DNA of 64,000 nt from Heptranchias perlo (taxonomy: Eukaryota). The stretch lies in the NCBI RefSeq assembly GCF_035084215.1, contig NC_090349.1, positions 20,770,001 through 20,834,000 on the forward strand. Reading direction: 5' to 3'. Position 1 is the stretch's first letter, and every line of letters begins with the position of its first letter. Positions 26,299 through 39,776 of the stretch are shown here, piece after piece. Under the pieces are notes generated by a model. It was not told the DNA's origin and searched no databases. It saw nothing but the letters and a program-made list of their open reading frames with translations. A program made the translations under genes and the position numbers.

Positions 26299-27521
26299 TT
26301 CTTTAAATGTTTGATGTTTTCACTGAAAGGGAGTCTCTTGTTGATTGTTCCTGTGGATTGGGCTCCACTCAATCTTTCCAATCATTGGTTTATTTAAAAT
26401 AGATACTAATACGTATCAAAGAGAAAACAAAACATAAGGGTGAGGCTTCCCAGGTTGGGGGAGGGGACTGATAAAATTAGCTAAATTAACAAAGGCACAA
26501 TTAAGATAGACAAATCAGGTTACACCTTGAGCAATCCACAAATCACAATTGGAGAGAAAGTAAAAAGAAATAACATCAGGAAACAGTCAGGCATGGAGAC
26601 GATTAGTCATCTAGTAGTACAGAAATGTTCATCGCTATTAAATAATTGGCTCATAAACTTTGATTCCTCAATCACATTTTTCCTGATCTTTGCAAAATGA
26701 GTTTACCCTAAAGTCTCTCTTCAGTCAAAAATTACAAAACTCAGAATTGAATAGTCTTGATAATATGTCAATTGATACGTAAAAAGATCAAGAAAAAGGT
26801 ATCTTGAATTTGCTGTTACTATATATGCGTGAGTGACTAATGTGTGCAATGATCTAAATAGGGTAATGTACTACAGCTGAGCTATTAATAATGTACTAAT
26901 AGGTAGAAGTGGCCATATGCACAAAGTCCAAGCATAAAGAGGACAGTAGCCGGCTTGGAGTTGTGAGTTGCCTGGTGTCTCTTTTAGATTGGCCAAGGGC
27001 CAGTTCCCATGGGGCAATCAACAAATGTTTCTGCTTTTGGAGATAACACCAGAAATATTTATGGAAGGGCAGTCAGCAGTAAACGGTGTGTGCTGTTCTG
27101 TGTATTTTGAGAATAAAGCCTTATTTGAAGTTGGAACTGTTTAGCACTGACTGTATTATAAGGAATGTTGAATTATTGAACCATTTACAAAATGCAGAGG
27201 CAAATTGGAAGCAAGGTCTGGGGGCAGATAGAGAAGTACAAGAAAAAGGTTATGGGAAGGGTTCAGTCTTTGAATACAAATCTCAAATTTGAAATGATTC
27301 CAGTTTGAAATTTTACACCGAGCATATCTTACCCCAGTCAGCCCACAAAGGGATAAAGTTATGATTGATGATAATTGTTGGTATAACTTGGAAAGTGCAT
27401 ACTTGTTTCATATCTGGTGTAGTATCTAGTCATTAGGTACCAGAGAATTTTGATGGGAATATCCCATTCAATCCAAAATTGGCATTATTGAGCATCTAGG
27501 AATGTGATTAATTTTAAGTGA

Positions 27522-27935
27522 TTCCTTGGCGCAGAGGAGGCTGAGAGGAGACTTGATTGAGGTGTACAAAATTATGAGGGGCCCAGATAGAGTAGACAGG
27601 TAGTACCTGTTTCCCCTAGCGGAGAGTTCAAGAACTAGAGGACATAGATTTAAGCTGATTGGCGGAAGGATTAGAGGGGACATGAGGGAAAACTTTTTTA
27701 CCCAGAGGGTGGTGGGTGTATGGAATTCACTGCCCGAAGAGGCAGGGACCCTCAACTCCTTTAAAAACTACCTGGATCTGCACCCAAAGTGCTGTAAACT
27801 GCATGGCTACGGACCAGGTGCTGGAAGGTGGGATTAGAATGGGCACCTGGTTGTTCTTTGAGCTGGCGCGGACACGATGGGCCGAATGGCTCCTTTCTGT
27901 GCTGTATCTTTTCTATGGTTCTTTGGTTCTATGGT
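27522..27935 (+). mobile_element. CR1 LINE 3' fragment
   Basis: Reads SLAQRRLRGDLIEVYKIMRG...SRTRGHRFKL, with tail TTCTATGG repeats. Confidence 0.85.
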
Positions 27936-28617
27936 CTCTCCTGGATATATCTGTTGGTGTGAATAATGATTTTAAATTATGGGGGAAAAGAGATCCCTAC
28001 CAAGTTAATGAGACTGGATTAAACTATCCTACAGCATACTCTCAGTGAAATAATTACTTTCAGACTTGAGAGAATAATCTGTGTACGTGTAAGAGCGTAG
28101 CGACTGAAACAGGAAGTGGTAACACATGGTCCTGAGCTTCATGTTGAATGATAGGTTGACAAGGTAAGGAGTAAACAGAATGAATAATGAATGGTCAGAA
28201 ATGAATTTCAGAGATATGTGCTCCTGAGCTGAATTGGAGTTTTCAGTGTATGATAGTCCAGCCACATCTGTTTCATCATAGGTGTAAACTGCACGATGTT
28301 AAACTCATGCTGCAAATACAAAATGATATAAATGTGTGCACTTTCATGGGATTTAATTTTCTGCTAAAGAAATAACATTACCTAAAATAATTTAGTGCTT
28401 TAAATCTTTCTTGGCTCCTGTTCCTCTGCTGCATAGAAGGATATTTTTTTTGTATGCAAATGTTTGAAAATCAGGCTTAAATCCAAATTGCTAAAATTAC
28501 TAATACCTTCCACACAAAAAAGAGAAAACCTAGCTGCAAGATTCGATATTCACTACTGACATCTCCAACTGTATGTATATTCAAACCAAGCAAGGCTCAA
28601 TTGTTATTCAGGGATTA

Positions 28618-28730
28618 AAAAGAAAAGAATGGTGACTGCTGCAAATCTGAAATACACAGCAGGTCAGTCAGCATTTGAAAGGGAAAGACCGGTTGATGCT
28701 TTTGATGAGACTCTTCACCAAAACCAGTCT
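28618..28730. mobile_element. Penelope-like repeat fragment
   Basis: GCTGCAAATCTGAAATACACAGCAGGTCAGTCAGCATTTG is similar to 59560-59640. Confidence 0.45.
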
Positions 28731-29645
28731 GGCTAAATTTGCCAAGTTTGAAAAAAATTCAGATTTTAAACCTACTTGTCCAACTCAGTGTAACCCTGGA
28801 TGTTGCAATATGGGTTTGACTTGAACTGAGTTGCCCAGAAATTCCGAAGTGCCCATTTTTGGGCAGGGAACTTACTCTGCGCACAAATGACGAGGTGCCT
28901 CAGGACAAACCAATGTTGCAGTGGGGGACTTCAAGCGTATGCAAAGAGCCTAACACCTGCTGTGCGACCCAATTTCTAGTCCAATGTTTCTATCGCCAAT
29001 GGTGTTTTATACCTCTTACTAAGCTTTGGAGCAACATTTTCTTTCAAAGTACAGATTCCCAGTGGAAGTTACTAGAAAAACCTTGGGGGTATTCTTCTAT
29101 CAGTTAGTAAATAGCCTCCAGAGTACAGTATGTCCACCAGATTGAAAAAGGAAGTTAAATAGCAACATTTGCATCTGTTTCAGTTGAATTTTAAGCTCAT
29201 ATTTAAATAGTGAATGCTGGTGATAAGAACTGACTGAGACGAGTGACTCAGCCCAATAGTACAAAGAAGCTCATTAATATACACAGCTGAGATGGCGCAG
29301 TCTCTGCAGCTTCCCGAGTTAATGCGGCTGCGATGTTCCTTCGCACAATGCAGCTCAGTATCTCCTGCAAGCCAGTTCTCCATCAGAATATTGAAACAAG
29401 TTTAACAAAAAGACAAATAAAGTGACTGTTAATCACAATTATTCATAACGGAAGGGATAGTGATTGTTATTTCCTGGTTTTCGATGGTAATACCGCACAA
29501 AACAATTCCTGAAAAGAACATGAAGTTAATAAAGCTGATGCTTTTCATCTGTACAAATTGGCATAGACTCTAAAACCCATTGGCCAGTAAATAGACTTTT
29601 TAGAATCTTATATGAAACCCCTCCAATATTTATATATATTTATAT

Positions 29646-29900
29646 ATCCCATGGCACTATTTCAAAGAAGAGCAGTAGATTTCTCCCTGGTATCCCGGCC
29701 AATATTTATCCCTCAACCAACATCACTTAAACAGATTATCTGGTCATGATCACATTGCTGTTTGTGGGACCTTGCTGTGCACAAATTGGCTGTCGCATTT
29801 CCTACATTACAACAGTGACTACACTTCAAAAGTACTTCTTTGGTTGTAAAGTTCTTTGGGATGTCCTGAGCGTGTGAAAGGCACTACATAAATTTTTCTT
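29646..29900 (+). mobile_element. Deu-SINE 3' half
   Basis: Runs ATCCCATGGCACTATTTCAAAGAAGAGCAG ... GTGAAAGGCACTACATAAAT. Confidence 0.85.
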
Positions 29901-30111
29901 TCTCTTTTCCTGTGTGCACCCATTGGGTATCCCAAAAGAGGGGCGCCTCAAAAAAGTTGACAGCGCAGCTTGTGCTGGGACTCTCCACCGACCAGAGAGT
30001 CTGCACTGGCCCCAGAAACATCCTGAAAATCTTTGGAACCATCCCCCCAGAATCATCATCTGGCTTCAAAGCCTTCCCTTGCTTCTGTCCAGCAGCAGTT
30101 AAAATGCCCTG

Positions 30112-30504
30112 ATGCTGGTGGCCAAGAATTTGGAGCATGAGGGGGAGGATCCAGTTGTCATGGTCCACGTAGGAACAAACGACATAGGTAGAACTAAGAA
30201 TGAGGTTCTGCTGAGGGAGTTTGAGGAGTTAGGGTCTAAATTAATAAGCAGAACCTCAAAGGTAATAATCTCTGGATTACTATCTGAGCCACGCGCAAAT
30301 TGGCATAGGGTCAGGCAGATCAGGGAGTTGAATGCATGGCTCAAAGAGTGGTGTGGAAAACAGGGGTTTCAATTCCTGGGGCACTGGCACCAGTACTGGG
30401 GAAAGAGGGAGCTGTTCCGTTGGGACGGGCTCCACTTAAACCGGGCTGGGACCAGTGTCCTGGTGAATCGAATAACTAGGGCTGTAGATAGGACTTTAAA
30501 CTAA
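30112..30504 (+). pseudogene. CR1 ORF1 C-terminal SGNH/GDSL esterase domain fragment
   Basis: VHVGTNDI (block III GxND) and DGLHLN (block V DxxH). Confidence 0.85.
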
Positions 30505-32972
30505 AAAAGGTGGCGGGGGGGGAGGGAGGGTTCAAGTCAGGGAACACTTAGAAATCTAAAAGAAAAGTCAGGCATTAGAGCAGTACAGCGATTCAGGTAA
30601 AGATAAGCAGAGTGTGACAGGAAGGGACAGAAAGTTTAACAATAATAGTGTGCAAATAAGGTCAAATCAGGGAAAAATGGAAAAAAGTTAAAATTTAAGG
30701 CGCTTTATCTGAATGCACGAAGCATTCGTAACAAGATAAATGAATTAATGGCACAAATAGAGATAAATGGGTTTGATCTAATAGTCATCACAGAGGCGTG
30801 GTTGCAAGGTGACCAAGGTTGACAAATAAATATTCCAGGGTACTTTACGTTTTGAAAAGACAGACAAAATGGAAAAGGAAGGGGGGCGGTGTAGCCCTGA
30901 TAATAAAGGATGACATAAAGACAGTAGTGAGAAAGGATCTTGGCTCCGAAGATCAGGAAGTAGAATCAGGATGGGTGAAGATAAGAAATAACAAGGGGCA
31001 GAAAACATTGGTGGGAGTAGTCTATAGACCCCCTAACTGTAGCTATACTGTTGGACAGAGTATTAATCAAGAAATAATAGGAGCTTTTAACAAAGGTAAT
31101 GCAATAATCGTGGAGGACTTTACTATTCATATGGACTGGACAAATCAAATTGGCAAAGGGAGCTTGGAGGACGAATTCATGGAATGCATTTGGAACAGTT
31201 TCCTAGAACAATACATTGTGGAATCAACCAGGGAACAGGCCATTTTAGATCTTGTCTTGTGTAATGAGACAGGGTTAATTAGTATTCTCATAGTAAGGAA
31301 TCTTCTGGGGAAGAGTGATCATAATATGACAGAATTTCACGTTGAGTTTGAGAGTGACGTACTTAAGTGAGAAACTAGAGTCTTAAACTTAAATAAAGCT
31401 AATTACATAGGTATGAGGGGCAAGTTGGCTAAGGTACATTGGGAAATTAGATTAAAAGGTATGACAGTAGTTAAGCAATGGCAAACATTTAAATAAATAT
31501 TTCATAATTCTCAACGAACATACATTCCATTGAGAAATAAAAACTCCACAGGAAAAGTGATCCATCCATGGCTAACTAAAGAAGTTAAGTATAGTGTAAG
31601 ATTAAAAGAAAAGGTTTATAATGTTGCCAAGAAGAGTAGTAAGCCTGAGTAATAGAAACCAGCAAAGGATGACCAAAACATTGATAAAGAGGGAGAAAAT
31701 AGAATATAAAAGTAAACTAGCAACAAATATAAAAACAGATTGTAAGAGCTTCTGCAAGTATGCAAAAAGCAAGAGATTAGTGAAAACAAACGTGGGTCCC
31801 TTAGAGACAGGGATAGGAGAAATTATAACGGGGAATAAGGAAATCGCAGAGACGTTAAACAAATATTTTGTATCTGTCTTCACAGTAGAAGACACAAAAA
31901 AATACCAGAAATAGTGGGGAACCAAGGGTCTAATGAGAGTGAGGAACTTAAAGTAATATGTATTAGTAAAAAAAAAGTACTGGAGAAATTAATGGGACTA
32001 AAAGCCAACAAATCCCCTGGACCAGATAGACTACATCCTAGGGATCTAGGAGAGGTGGCTGCTGAGATAGTGGATGCATTGGTTGTGATCTTCCAAAATT
32101 CCCTAGATTTTAAAACGGTTCCAGTGGATTGGAAGATAGCAAATGTAACCCCGCTATTCAAGAAAGGAGGGAGAGTGAAAACAAGGAACTACAGACCAGT
32201 TAGCCTGACATCAGTTGTCAGGAAAATACTGGAATCCATTATTAAGGAAGTAGTAACAGGGCACTTAGAAAATCATAATATGATTAGGCAGAGTCAACAT
32301 AATTTTATGAAAGGGAAACTGTGTTTGACAAATTTATTAGAGTTTTTTGAGGATGTAACTAACAGGGTAGAAAGAGGGGAACCAGTGGATGTAGTATATT
32401 TGGATTTTCAAAAGGCATTGGATAAGGTCCCACACAAAAGGTTGTTACACAATATAAGGGCTCATGGGGTTGGGGGTAATATATTGGTATGGATAGAGGA
32501 TTGGTTAATGGAAAGAAAACAGAAAGTAGAAATAAACGGATCATTCTCAGGTTGGCAGGCTGTAACTAATGAGGTGACACAACGATCGGTGCTTGGGCCT
32601 CACCTATATACAATCTATATTAATGATTTAGATGAAGGGACCGAGTGTAACGTATCCAAATTTGCTGGTGATACAAAGCTAGGTGGGAAAGTAAGCTGTG
32701 AGGAGGACACAAAGGCCCCGATATTACCAGGGAGGCGGGATGGCAGCGGGGGGTCGACTGGGTGCGTGGGTAACCCACCCAGTAAAATCTGTCCGTTCTC
32801 CACACGATCGCAGGTAAATTGGAGCCACTTAACATGGCTTCTGGGTTTCCCGTCATAAACCTGCGCAGCGGGCGGACTGCACACCTGCATCACAGGCTGT
32901 CAGCTGGAGGAGCCCTATTTAAAGGGGCAGTCCTCCAATGCTGCTCCAGGAGCAAACACACAAAATTACAGA

Positions 32973-34802
32973 ATGGAGCAACCCAGGGGAAAGGCTGTTC
33001 CCAGATTTAGTGATGCCTCACTCCAGGTGATACTGGATGGGGTGAGGAGGAGGAGGGATATATTCTACCCGGCGGACGGGAGGAAGGGGCCTGCCTCTGC
33101 CACCAAAAACGCCTGGCTCGAGGTGGCAGAGGAGGTCACTAGCAGCAGCAATGTCTCCTGCACCTGGATCCAGTGCAGGAAGTGCTTCAATGACCTAACT
33201 AGGTCAGCCAAAGTGAGTACACTTACTCATTCTCCTACACTCCGTCTTCCACATCACCACCCCCACCTCACAACTCATTCTGCACTGCCAACACTTCTCT
33301 ATCACATCACTCCTCACACCCACTCAAACCTCATCCTCAACTTACCTGCACTTACTCACCACTTATTCACCTCCCCAATACTCATCCCACCACTACCACT
33401 CAACCCAATCGTCATACAACGTCATGGCTCTGTCTCATACTCATGCTCTGATGCATCTCTTTCACGGTAAGCTTCACCCAAACCAATGCATTCATCGGTT
33501 GGCCACGTCACAATCCGTCACTCATGCCTCTCTACTTTCTCCCCTTAAAGGAGAAGAGAGCCCAGGATGCACGGGAGAGGGCGAGGACCGGAGGGGGGGC
33601 CGCAACATCTAGTCGTCCTCACAGACGCAGGGCAGGAGGCTCTGGAACTGAGCCGCACCCTCGAGTGCCTGTCCTTCGGGGACGCCAAGACTGGCACACG
33701 ACAAACGGCTGGTGACAGAACTTTAACATTCAGCACGCACAATAGAAATTGATGTTAACCTGCCTTGCCATCTTCAGCACCACAACATCTGTCATCATGC
33801 TTAATATTGCCTTCTGTTCTCCTACAGGGCCTTCAGCGACCGCCGTGACGGTGGAGGGCGATTCCTCAGAAGACCTGCCGGCCTCTGAGGACGCACTGTC
33901 ATATCTGAGTGAGCCATCCACCAGCGCAGATACACACACCTCGGTGGCTCCCCGTCCTCACTTAGTTGGGGTCTCACATGGTGAGTCACCACACACGTGC
34001 GCACAAGCAGACACTGGTGGCAGGGGCAGCTGTGGAGAGTCCGCGTCAGTGGGAGCACTCTTCTCCAGGCTTTGCTCAGCTGGACACAGATGCTGAACCG
34101 TGGAGGTCATCCATGAAAAGGAGAATGATCGTGGGGCAGCAGCACATTTGCGAGGTGCTGGAACAGGTGCCACGCGCACTCTCCACAATCGTGCAGAGGA
34201 TGGAGGAGTCCAACTCCTGTATGAGTGGAATGGTGGCACAGGTAAGGGAGGGCAATTCTGAGATACTGTCACAGGTGCATGAGGGCATCTCTGAGATAGT
34301 GTCACGGGTAAGTGCAGGAATGTCTGCGATGGAGGGAAGGCTAGCCTCCATGGAGCTTCAAGCACAGCTCACCAATGTGTCCATTGAGACCCTGACAACG
34401 GCCCTTTGGACTCAGGGTGAACAACATTCTGCCGCCTTAAACAGGCAAGCAGATACTCTGGCACTGGTGTTACAAGGCTTCACACATGTCCTCCAAACTG
34501 ACGAAAGGGGACATGGAAGTAGGGACGCCACTCAAAGAATCCTCACGTCTCACCCGTTGCCCCCGTCTCAGCCAGTACCCGCAATGCTGCCTCCTCTCCA
34601 GGTGGCCGAGTCTGCCCCTGCACAGGTGCAGGCGGAGCTGTCTTTGGAGGGGCCCTCACGGGCACAGAAACCCAGAGGGTGTAGGCCCAAAGAATCTAAT
34701 CGGTCAGGGCATGAACAAGAGCAACCTGCCACTACCTCTGCTGCAGCCACAAGGGATGCACCACGTAGGAGTAGTTGTAAGCGAAAGGCGAAGGTTTTGT
34801 GA
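32973..34802 (+). pseudogene. Myb/SANT-like DNA-binding gene of Harbinger 2, three exons
   Basis: Exon 1 is 32973-33212 (80 codons, PRFSDASL..W..VAEEV..QCRKCFNDL; donor GTGAGT). Exon 2 is 33551-33711 (EKRAQDARERARTGGG). Exon 3 is 33828-34802 (coiled-coil-like, basic C-terminus). Frameshifts lie near 33595 and 34000. Confidence 0.88.
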
Positions 34803-35105
34803 ACGCAAAGGGGATGCACAAGGATGTTTGACGGTTGTCATATTTTTTATTTAGATTTGATTTTTATCAATGGCACATTAAATATTAATATTGTCACCAC
34901 TACTGCCACATTTTGGCCATTCTTGACTGGCTTGTGTAATAAGACCCTTTCATGAGGTTCACATGAACGCCCACACTTGATGCCACCCATTGGGTCACTT
35001 GACAGTTTAGTTGCAGGACTATTTTGTGCAGGGGGTGGGGGGAGGGCTGGTGTGGCCGCTGCTTTGTCCAGGTGGTGAGGACTGAACTCTTCATACTGTC
35101 TGATG

Positions 35106-36316
35106 TTAGGAGAACAGTTCACATATCAGTGACTCCCTGGCATAACGAGCAGCCAGCTGAGCCGCTGTTCTGCCCATGGGTTGCTCCTCCTCCTCCGCTT
35201 CGTCCTCCTCCTTTTCCTCAATGTGGGGGGCAGATGTGGATGGGGTCTTCTCCAGCGGCACCCCTCTCAGTTGTGTCTTGTTGTGCAGGGCACCACACAT
35301 GACTATAATGCATCCCACTCTATCTGGTGCGTTTTAAAGCGCTCTCCCAGAACGATCAAGGCACATCTGAAGCGCTTCTTGAGCAGCCCTATAGCATGCT
35401 CAATTGTAGACCTGGTAGCGATGTGGCTGTCGTTATATCGACGCTGTTGCTCGGTGGTGGAGTTCCTCAGAGGTGTCACAAGCCACGTGTGCAGGGGATA
35501 TCCTTTGTCCCTGAGGAGCCAGCCCTTGCGGGTGTTCGGTGCATGGAAGAGGAGCGGGATGTTGGACTCCCAGAGGATGAAGGAATCATGGCAGCTGCCA
35601 CGGTATCTGGCACACACTTGAAGGAATCTCTTGCGGTGGTCACAGATGAGCTGAATGTTGATGAAGTAACAGCCCTCCCTATTGATGAACAGTCCTGGCT
35701 CATGTGGAGGTGCTCGTATTGCTGTATGTGTGCAATTGATTACACCCTACATCCGTGGGAAGCCAGCCACAGCGTGGAATCCCACTGTCCTCCCCGTCTG
35801 GCTGAGGTCGTCCATGGGGAAGTTGATATAGTGCGAGGCCCTGCGAAACAAGCCGTCGGTGACCTGCATTATGCGTTTGTGTGCAGACGACTGAGAGACC
35901 CCAGCGATGTCCCTGGTGGCATCCTGGAACGATCCGGAGGCGAAGGAGTTGAGGGCAGTGGTGACTTTGCCAGTGACAGGTAAGGAGATGCTGCTCGGCC
36001 CAGCCGGGAGCAGCTCGGCATGAAGAAGGCTGCAGATGTCCGCGACTACCTGGCGACTGAGTCTGAGCCTCCATATGTACTGCTGCTCAGAGAGGTCCAG
36101 GAAGCTGAGCCTCAGTCTGTAGACCCTGTTGCGAGGGTAGTGCCTCCTGCGACGCCGCTCTCTCTCTTGTTGCCCTCCGTGCTGTTGTGCAGGTGCCTAT
36201 GGCGCAGCACTGTGTTGTGGAGCTCCACGTGGCAGAGGTGGACGGCATGCCTGGCGAGGCTGGTGATGTTGCTCGTCCTCGGATGAAGTGATGAATGCAG
36301 CTATGGCGCACCCCAT
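35106..36316 (-). pseudogene. HARBI1-like DDE transposase pseudogene of Harbinger 2
   Basis: Starts MGCAIAAFITSSEDEQHH. Motifs GVINCTH, GSCHDSFIL, WLLRDKGYPL and RSTIEHAIGLLKKRFRC. An in-frame TAG and frameshifts are present. Confidence 0.92.
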
Positions 36317-39300
36317 CCTAACGGTGAGAGTTTGAGGGGGTCCGCAAAGTAGGCAAATGTGTTTGCACAGCAGAGTTTAGGATATAAATTAAGAATTTTG
36401 GGTGGAAAGACAAAGGTGTTGCAGCCAAAACTTTGTCTGAAGTGACAGAGTGCCCTGCTGCAATAAATGAGGTTCCCCCCACCTGTCAAATAATCCTTTG
36501 CATCTCCCACTGGCTGCTGGCTGAAACACGTCTGCTCCAACAGGGAGTGTTTCCCACAGCACGGGAAACACGCTGAGGATCCTTCAAAATTGCACCCCTG
36601 CCAAAATCTCCACTCAATGAGGTCTGTCAAGTATCACAAGTATCTAAATAACTATGTAAAGTAGCATCCCGCCGGCTTTAATTGCCAGTGGGAGTCCCGC
36701 ATGCGGGAGCTGCACGCGCACCTGAACGCATCACTGGGGAACCCGGAAGTTATCGGGTTCGAGCCGGGCTCCGAACCCGTTCCGGGATTGCGCCATTTTA
36801 GGAGCCCCCCCACCCCCACTCGGCCATCCGAAAATCGGCCCCAAAGAGTCTGCAAAGGTATATAGACAGGTTAAATGAGTTGGCAAGAAGGTGGCAGATG
36901 GTGTATAATGTGGGGAAATGTGAGGTTATTCACTTTGGTAAGAAGAATAGAAAAACAGAATATTTTTAAATGGTGAGAAACTATTAAATGTTGTTGTTCA
37001 GAGAGATTTGGGTGTCCTTGTACGTGAAATATTTAAAGTTAACATCCAGGTACAGCGAGCAATTAGGAAGGCAAATGGTATGTTGGCCTTTACTGCAAGG
37101 GGATTGGACTACAAGAGTAAGGAAGTCTTGCTACAATTGTACAGGGCTTTGGTGCGACCTCACCTGGAGTACTGTGTACAGTTTGGTCTCTTTACCTAAG
37201 GAAGGATATACTTGCTTTAGAGGCGGTGCAACAAAGGTTCACTAGATTGATTCCTGGGATGAGAGTGTTGTCCTACGAGGAGAGATTGAGTAGAATGGGC
37301 TTATATTGTCTGGAGTTTAGAAGAATGAGATGTGATTTCATTGAAATGTATAAAATTCTTAAAGGGCTTGACAGGGTAGATGCGGAGAGGCTGTTTCCCC
37401 TGGCTGGAGAGTCTAGAACTGGGGGGGGCATTGTCTCAAGGTAAGGGTTGGGTGATTTAGGACTGAGACCAGAAGGAATTTCTTCACGCAGAGGGTTATG
37501 AATCTTTGGAATTCTCTACCCCAGAGGATTGTGGATGCCCAGTCGTTGAGTATATTCAAGATCAATAGATCAATAGTTTTTTGAACTCTAAGGGAATCAA
37601 GGGATATGGGGATTGGACGGGAAAGTCGAGTTGAGGTCGAAGATCAGCCATGATCTTATTGAATGGCGGAGCAGATTCGAGGGGCCATATGGCCCACTCC
37701 TTTTTTTACATTCGTATGTTAAGATCACGGGTGCAAACCTCTTGGGCCTTTCTCACAGGCTCAGCCCGTCACTGCTATGATGTGTTTGTCGGGTGCCTCG
37801 TGAGGACCAGAGGAAAATCAACCTCACCATCTTTCCTCATTCTGATTTGATAGATATATATATCTGTGTTTTGCTGAGTTAGAAAATGAGAAGAAATGAA
37901 TTAATCAATACTGTGCTATTTATGTATCCAAATGCATTTTCTGAGCAAGAATATTCTGCTTCTCCCACTCTCTAGTACCCACTACCCTCCATAATACCCA
38001 TTGTCCACCCAATACCCATTGTTCAGTTCCCAATTATTTGCTTCTCCTAATTAACAAATGTTCCAAATGCATACTGCCCATCCTCCACACTGCGCGCTCT
38101 CCACTCACCCCACGCCAATACCACTACTCCGCCACCTCCATTACTTTTCCTCCAATACTAACTACTCCATCCCCAAATACTCACTTCCATAAGTATGTGT
38201 ATAAAAATATATAATTTATTTTTAAAAACTAGTGTTTAACACTCTTCCTGTTAGCATCACATTTTCTTCCTGTCACATTTTAGCCATTAAAATTTATCAT
38301 ATCCTCTGACTCACTGTGAGCAACACTACAGGAGATCTGCTAGTGTATGTATGTGTATATATTTAATTAAATATCTTAATTACATAATTTTCAGCAAAGC
38401 AGTCGATTTTGTCTATACACAGACACTGTTAATACAGACGATAGCAGTATTGCTTCCTGAATGGTATAAACATTCGTTATCAGCAGCCCTGCTGTCTCCT
38501 TACTTTTACTTGATCCATTGCACTTTCTGCAGAGCTATCTCTGACTGAAGTGTTAAAACATGCATATAATTAAATTACACTTTTATTAAAAGTTTTTACG
38601 AATCGGTCAAGTAAATGCAGTATTTGACCATAATAACTATAATATGATGGTGTCATGAGAACTTCGAAGAATGTGTGAAGATTCACTAAACACCAAGGTT
38701 CCAAACATTTTTTACTGATTTATTTTTTTTTGGATGGAATTTTGTAAAGAGTGAGGGAGTCTTTTAAAGGATGCTGTACAGGTGTAATCCTTGTTAGACT
38801 GCAGCCTATAAAAGGGATGTTGCCACTTTAATAATTAATGGTGATTTATATTGAGAACCTGTTCTTTTTTGTTGAACTATTCACACCTCCAGATTTGCCA
38901 TGGTAACTGACAGCATTGACGGAATCCCCTAGGATTACAGTGCCGAGCTAGGTAGGTGTCACCAAGGCATAGTCTCCTCATTTGAAGTAAAGTGTGATGA
39001 GAATCCAGACAAATCCTGTCAGGTAAATTCACACGTTTTCACCAATTGAGGCTAAAATACCAGGAAGAAGATCTAATTAGCTCCTACGAGAAGAATAAAA
39101 ACCTAAAGTTTCAAGGACTTGTCGAGTCTCGATGAACTGAAAATTCTAATTAAAGAAAACCTGAAATAACCTGAATTGCATATTAGCTCATCTCACATCA
39201 CTGCCTCTGTTAGTCAATCCATGATTTAAATAAAGTATCTTGTTATAAAATAATGGAAACATTTTTTGTTTTGTTTTCAGGCATGACAGAAGTAATACAT

Positions 39301-39776
39301 TTGTAAATGTACCAATCCATTGTGGACCATAAAATGTTAACCTTTAAAAAGGAAACATATGGTTTAAAAAGGCAACATCTGGTCCAAAGAGTTTTTTTTC
39401 ACGTCATTATTTCTTAAGTCTAACACAATAGCTAGGCCACTCTGACAAAGTGCACTGCAGATGAGAAATTATATTCTAAACATCAGGAATTATTTTCAAG
39501 TATATCCGTATAATTTTATGAAACCCAGCAAAAGCTATAGTTCCAATTTTAAAACTACCGCACTTCAGATTTTCAAATGAAAATGGCCGCCCATCCCCTT
39601 CTACAGTTCACAAAGCAACTTGGAAAGCTTTTGTGTTGAGATAATTAAGAAATTCTGAGTTTGTTCTCAAGATGACTGATCGAGTCTCATGCAGTACTGC
39701 TACCAACACACCTGCTATATCTGGAATGGTCAGACTGTTATTCAGTGGTCATTAACTGGCCCAAAGGTAAGATAAT

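Larger units (their letters stand above)
32714..36842. mobile_element. PIF/Harbinger DNA transposon 2 (full-length, 4129 bp, inactivated), nested in the CR1 RT
   Basis: TIRs GGCCCCGATATT and GGGGCCGATTTT, with TSD AAA at 32711-13 and 36843-45. The empty site GACACAAAGAGTC is seen in the sister CR1 (reverse complement, about 47332-47344). Confidence 0.95.
30115..37720 (+). mobile_element. CR1 LINE, 5'-truncated within ORF1 and split by Harbinger 2 (parts 30115-32713 and 36843-37720)
   Basis: ORF1 esterase, APE endonuclease (GVVYRPP, SDHN) and RT (NYRPVSLTS, YLDFQKA, YINDL) with stops and frameshifts. The RT resumes in register after 36842. Confidence 0.95.

Noticed and set aside
28065-28163. 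Possible + strand exon (TTTCAG ... AAG|GTAAGG)
   Set aside because: All frames contain stops and the acceptor is only modest, so it cannot be told apart from chance.
30112-30504. SGNH esterase as a captured or horizontally acquired enzyme gene
   Set aside because: An esterase domain is an established part of ORF1 in many CR1/L2 elements, and the same segment recurs in the sister CR1 at about 51055-51235.
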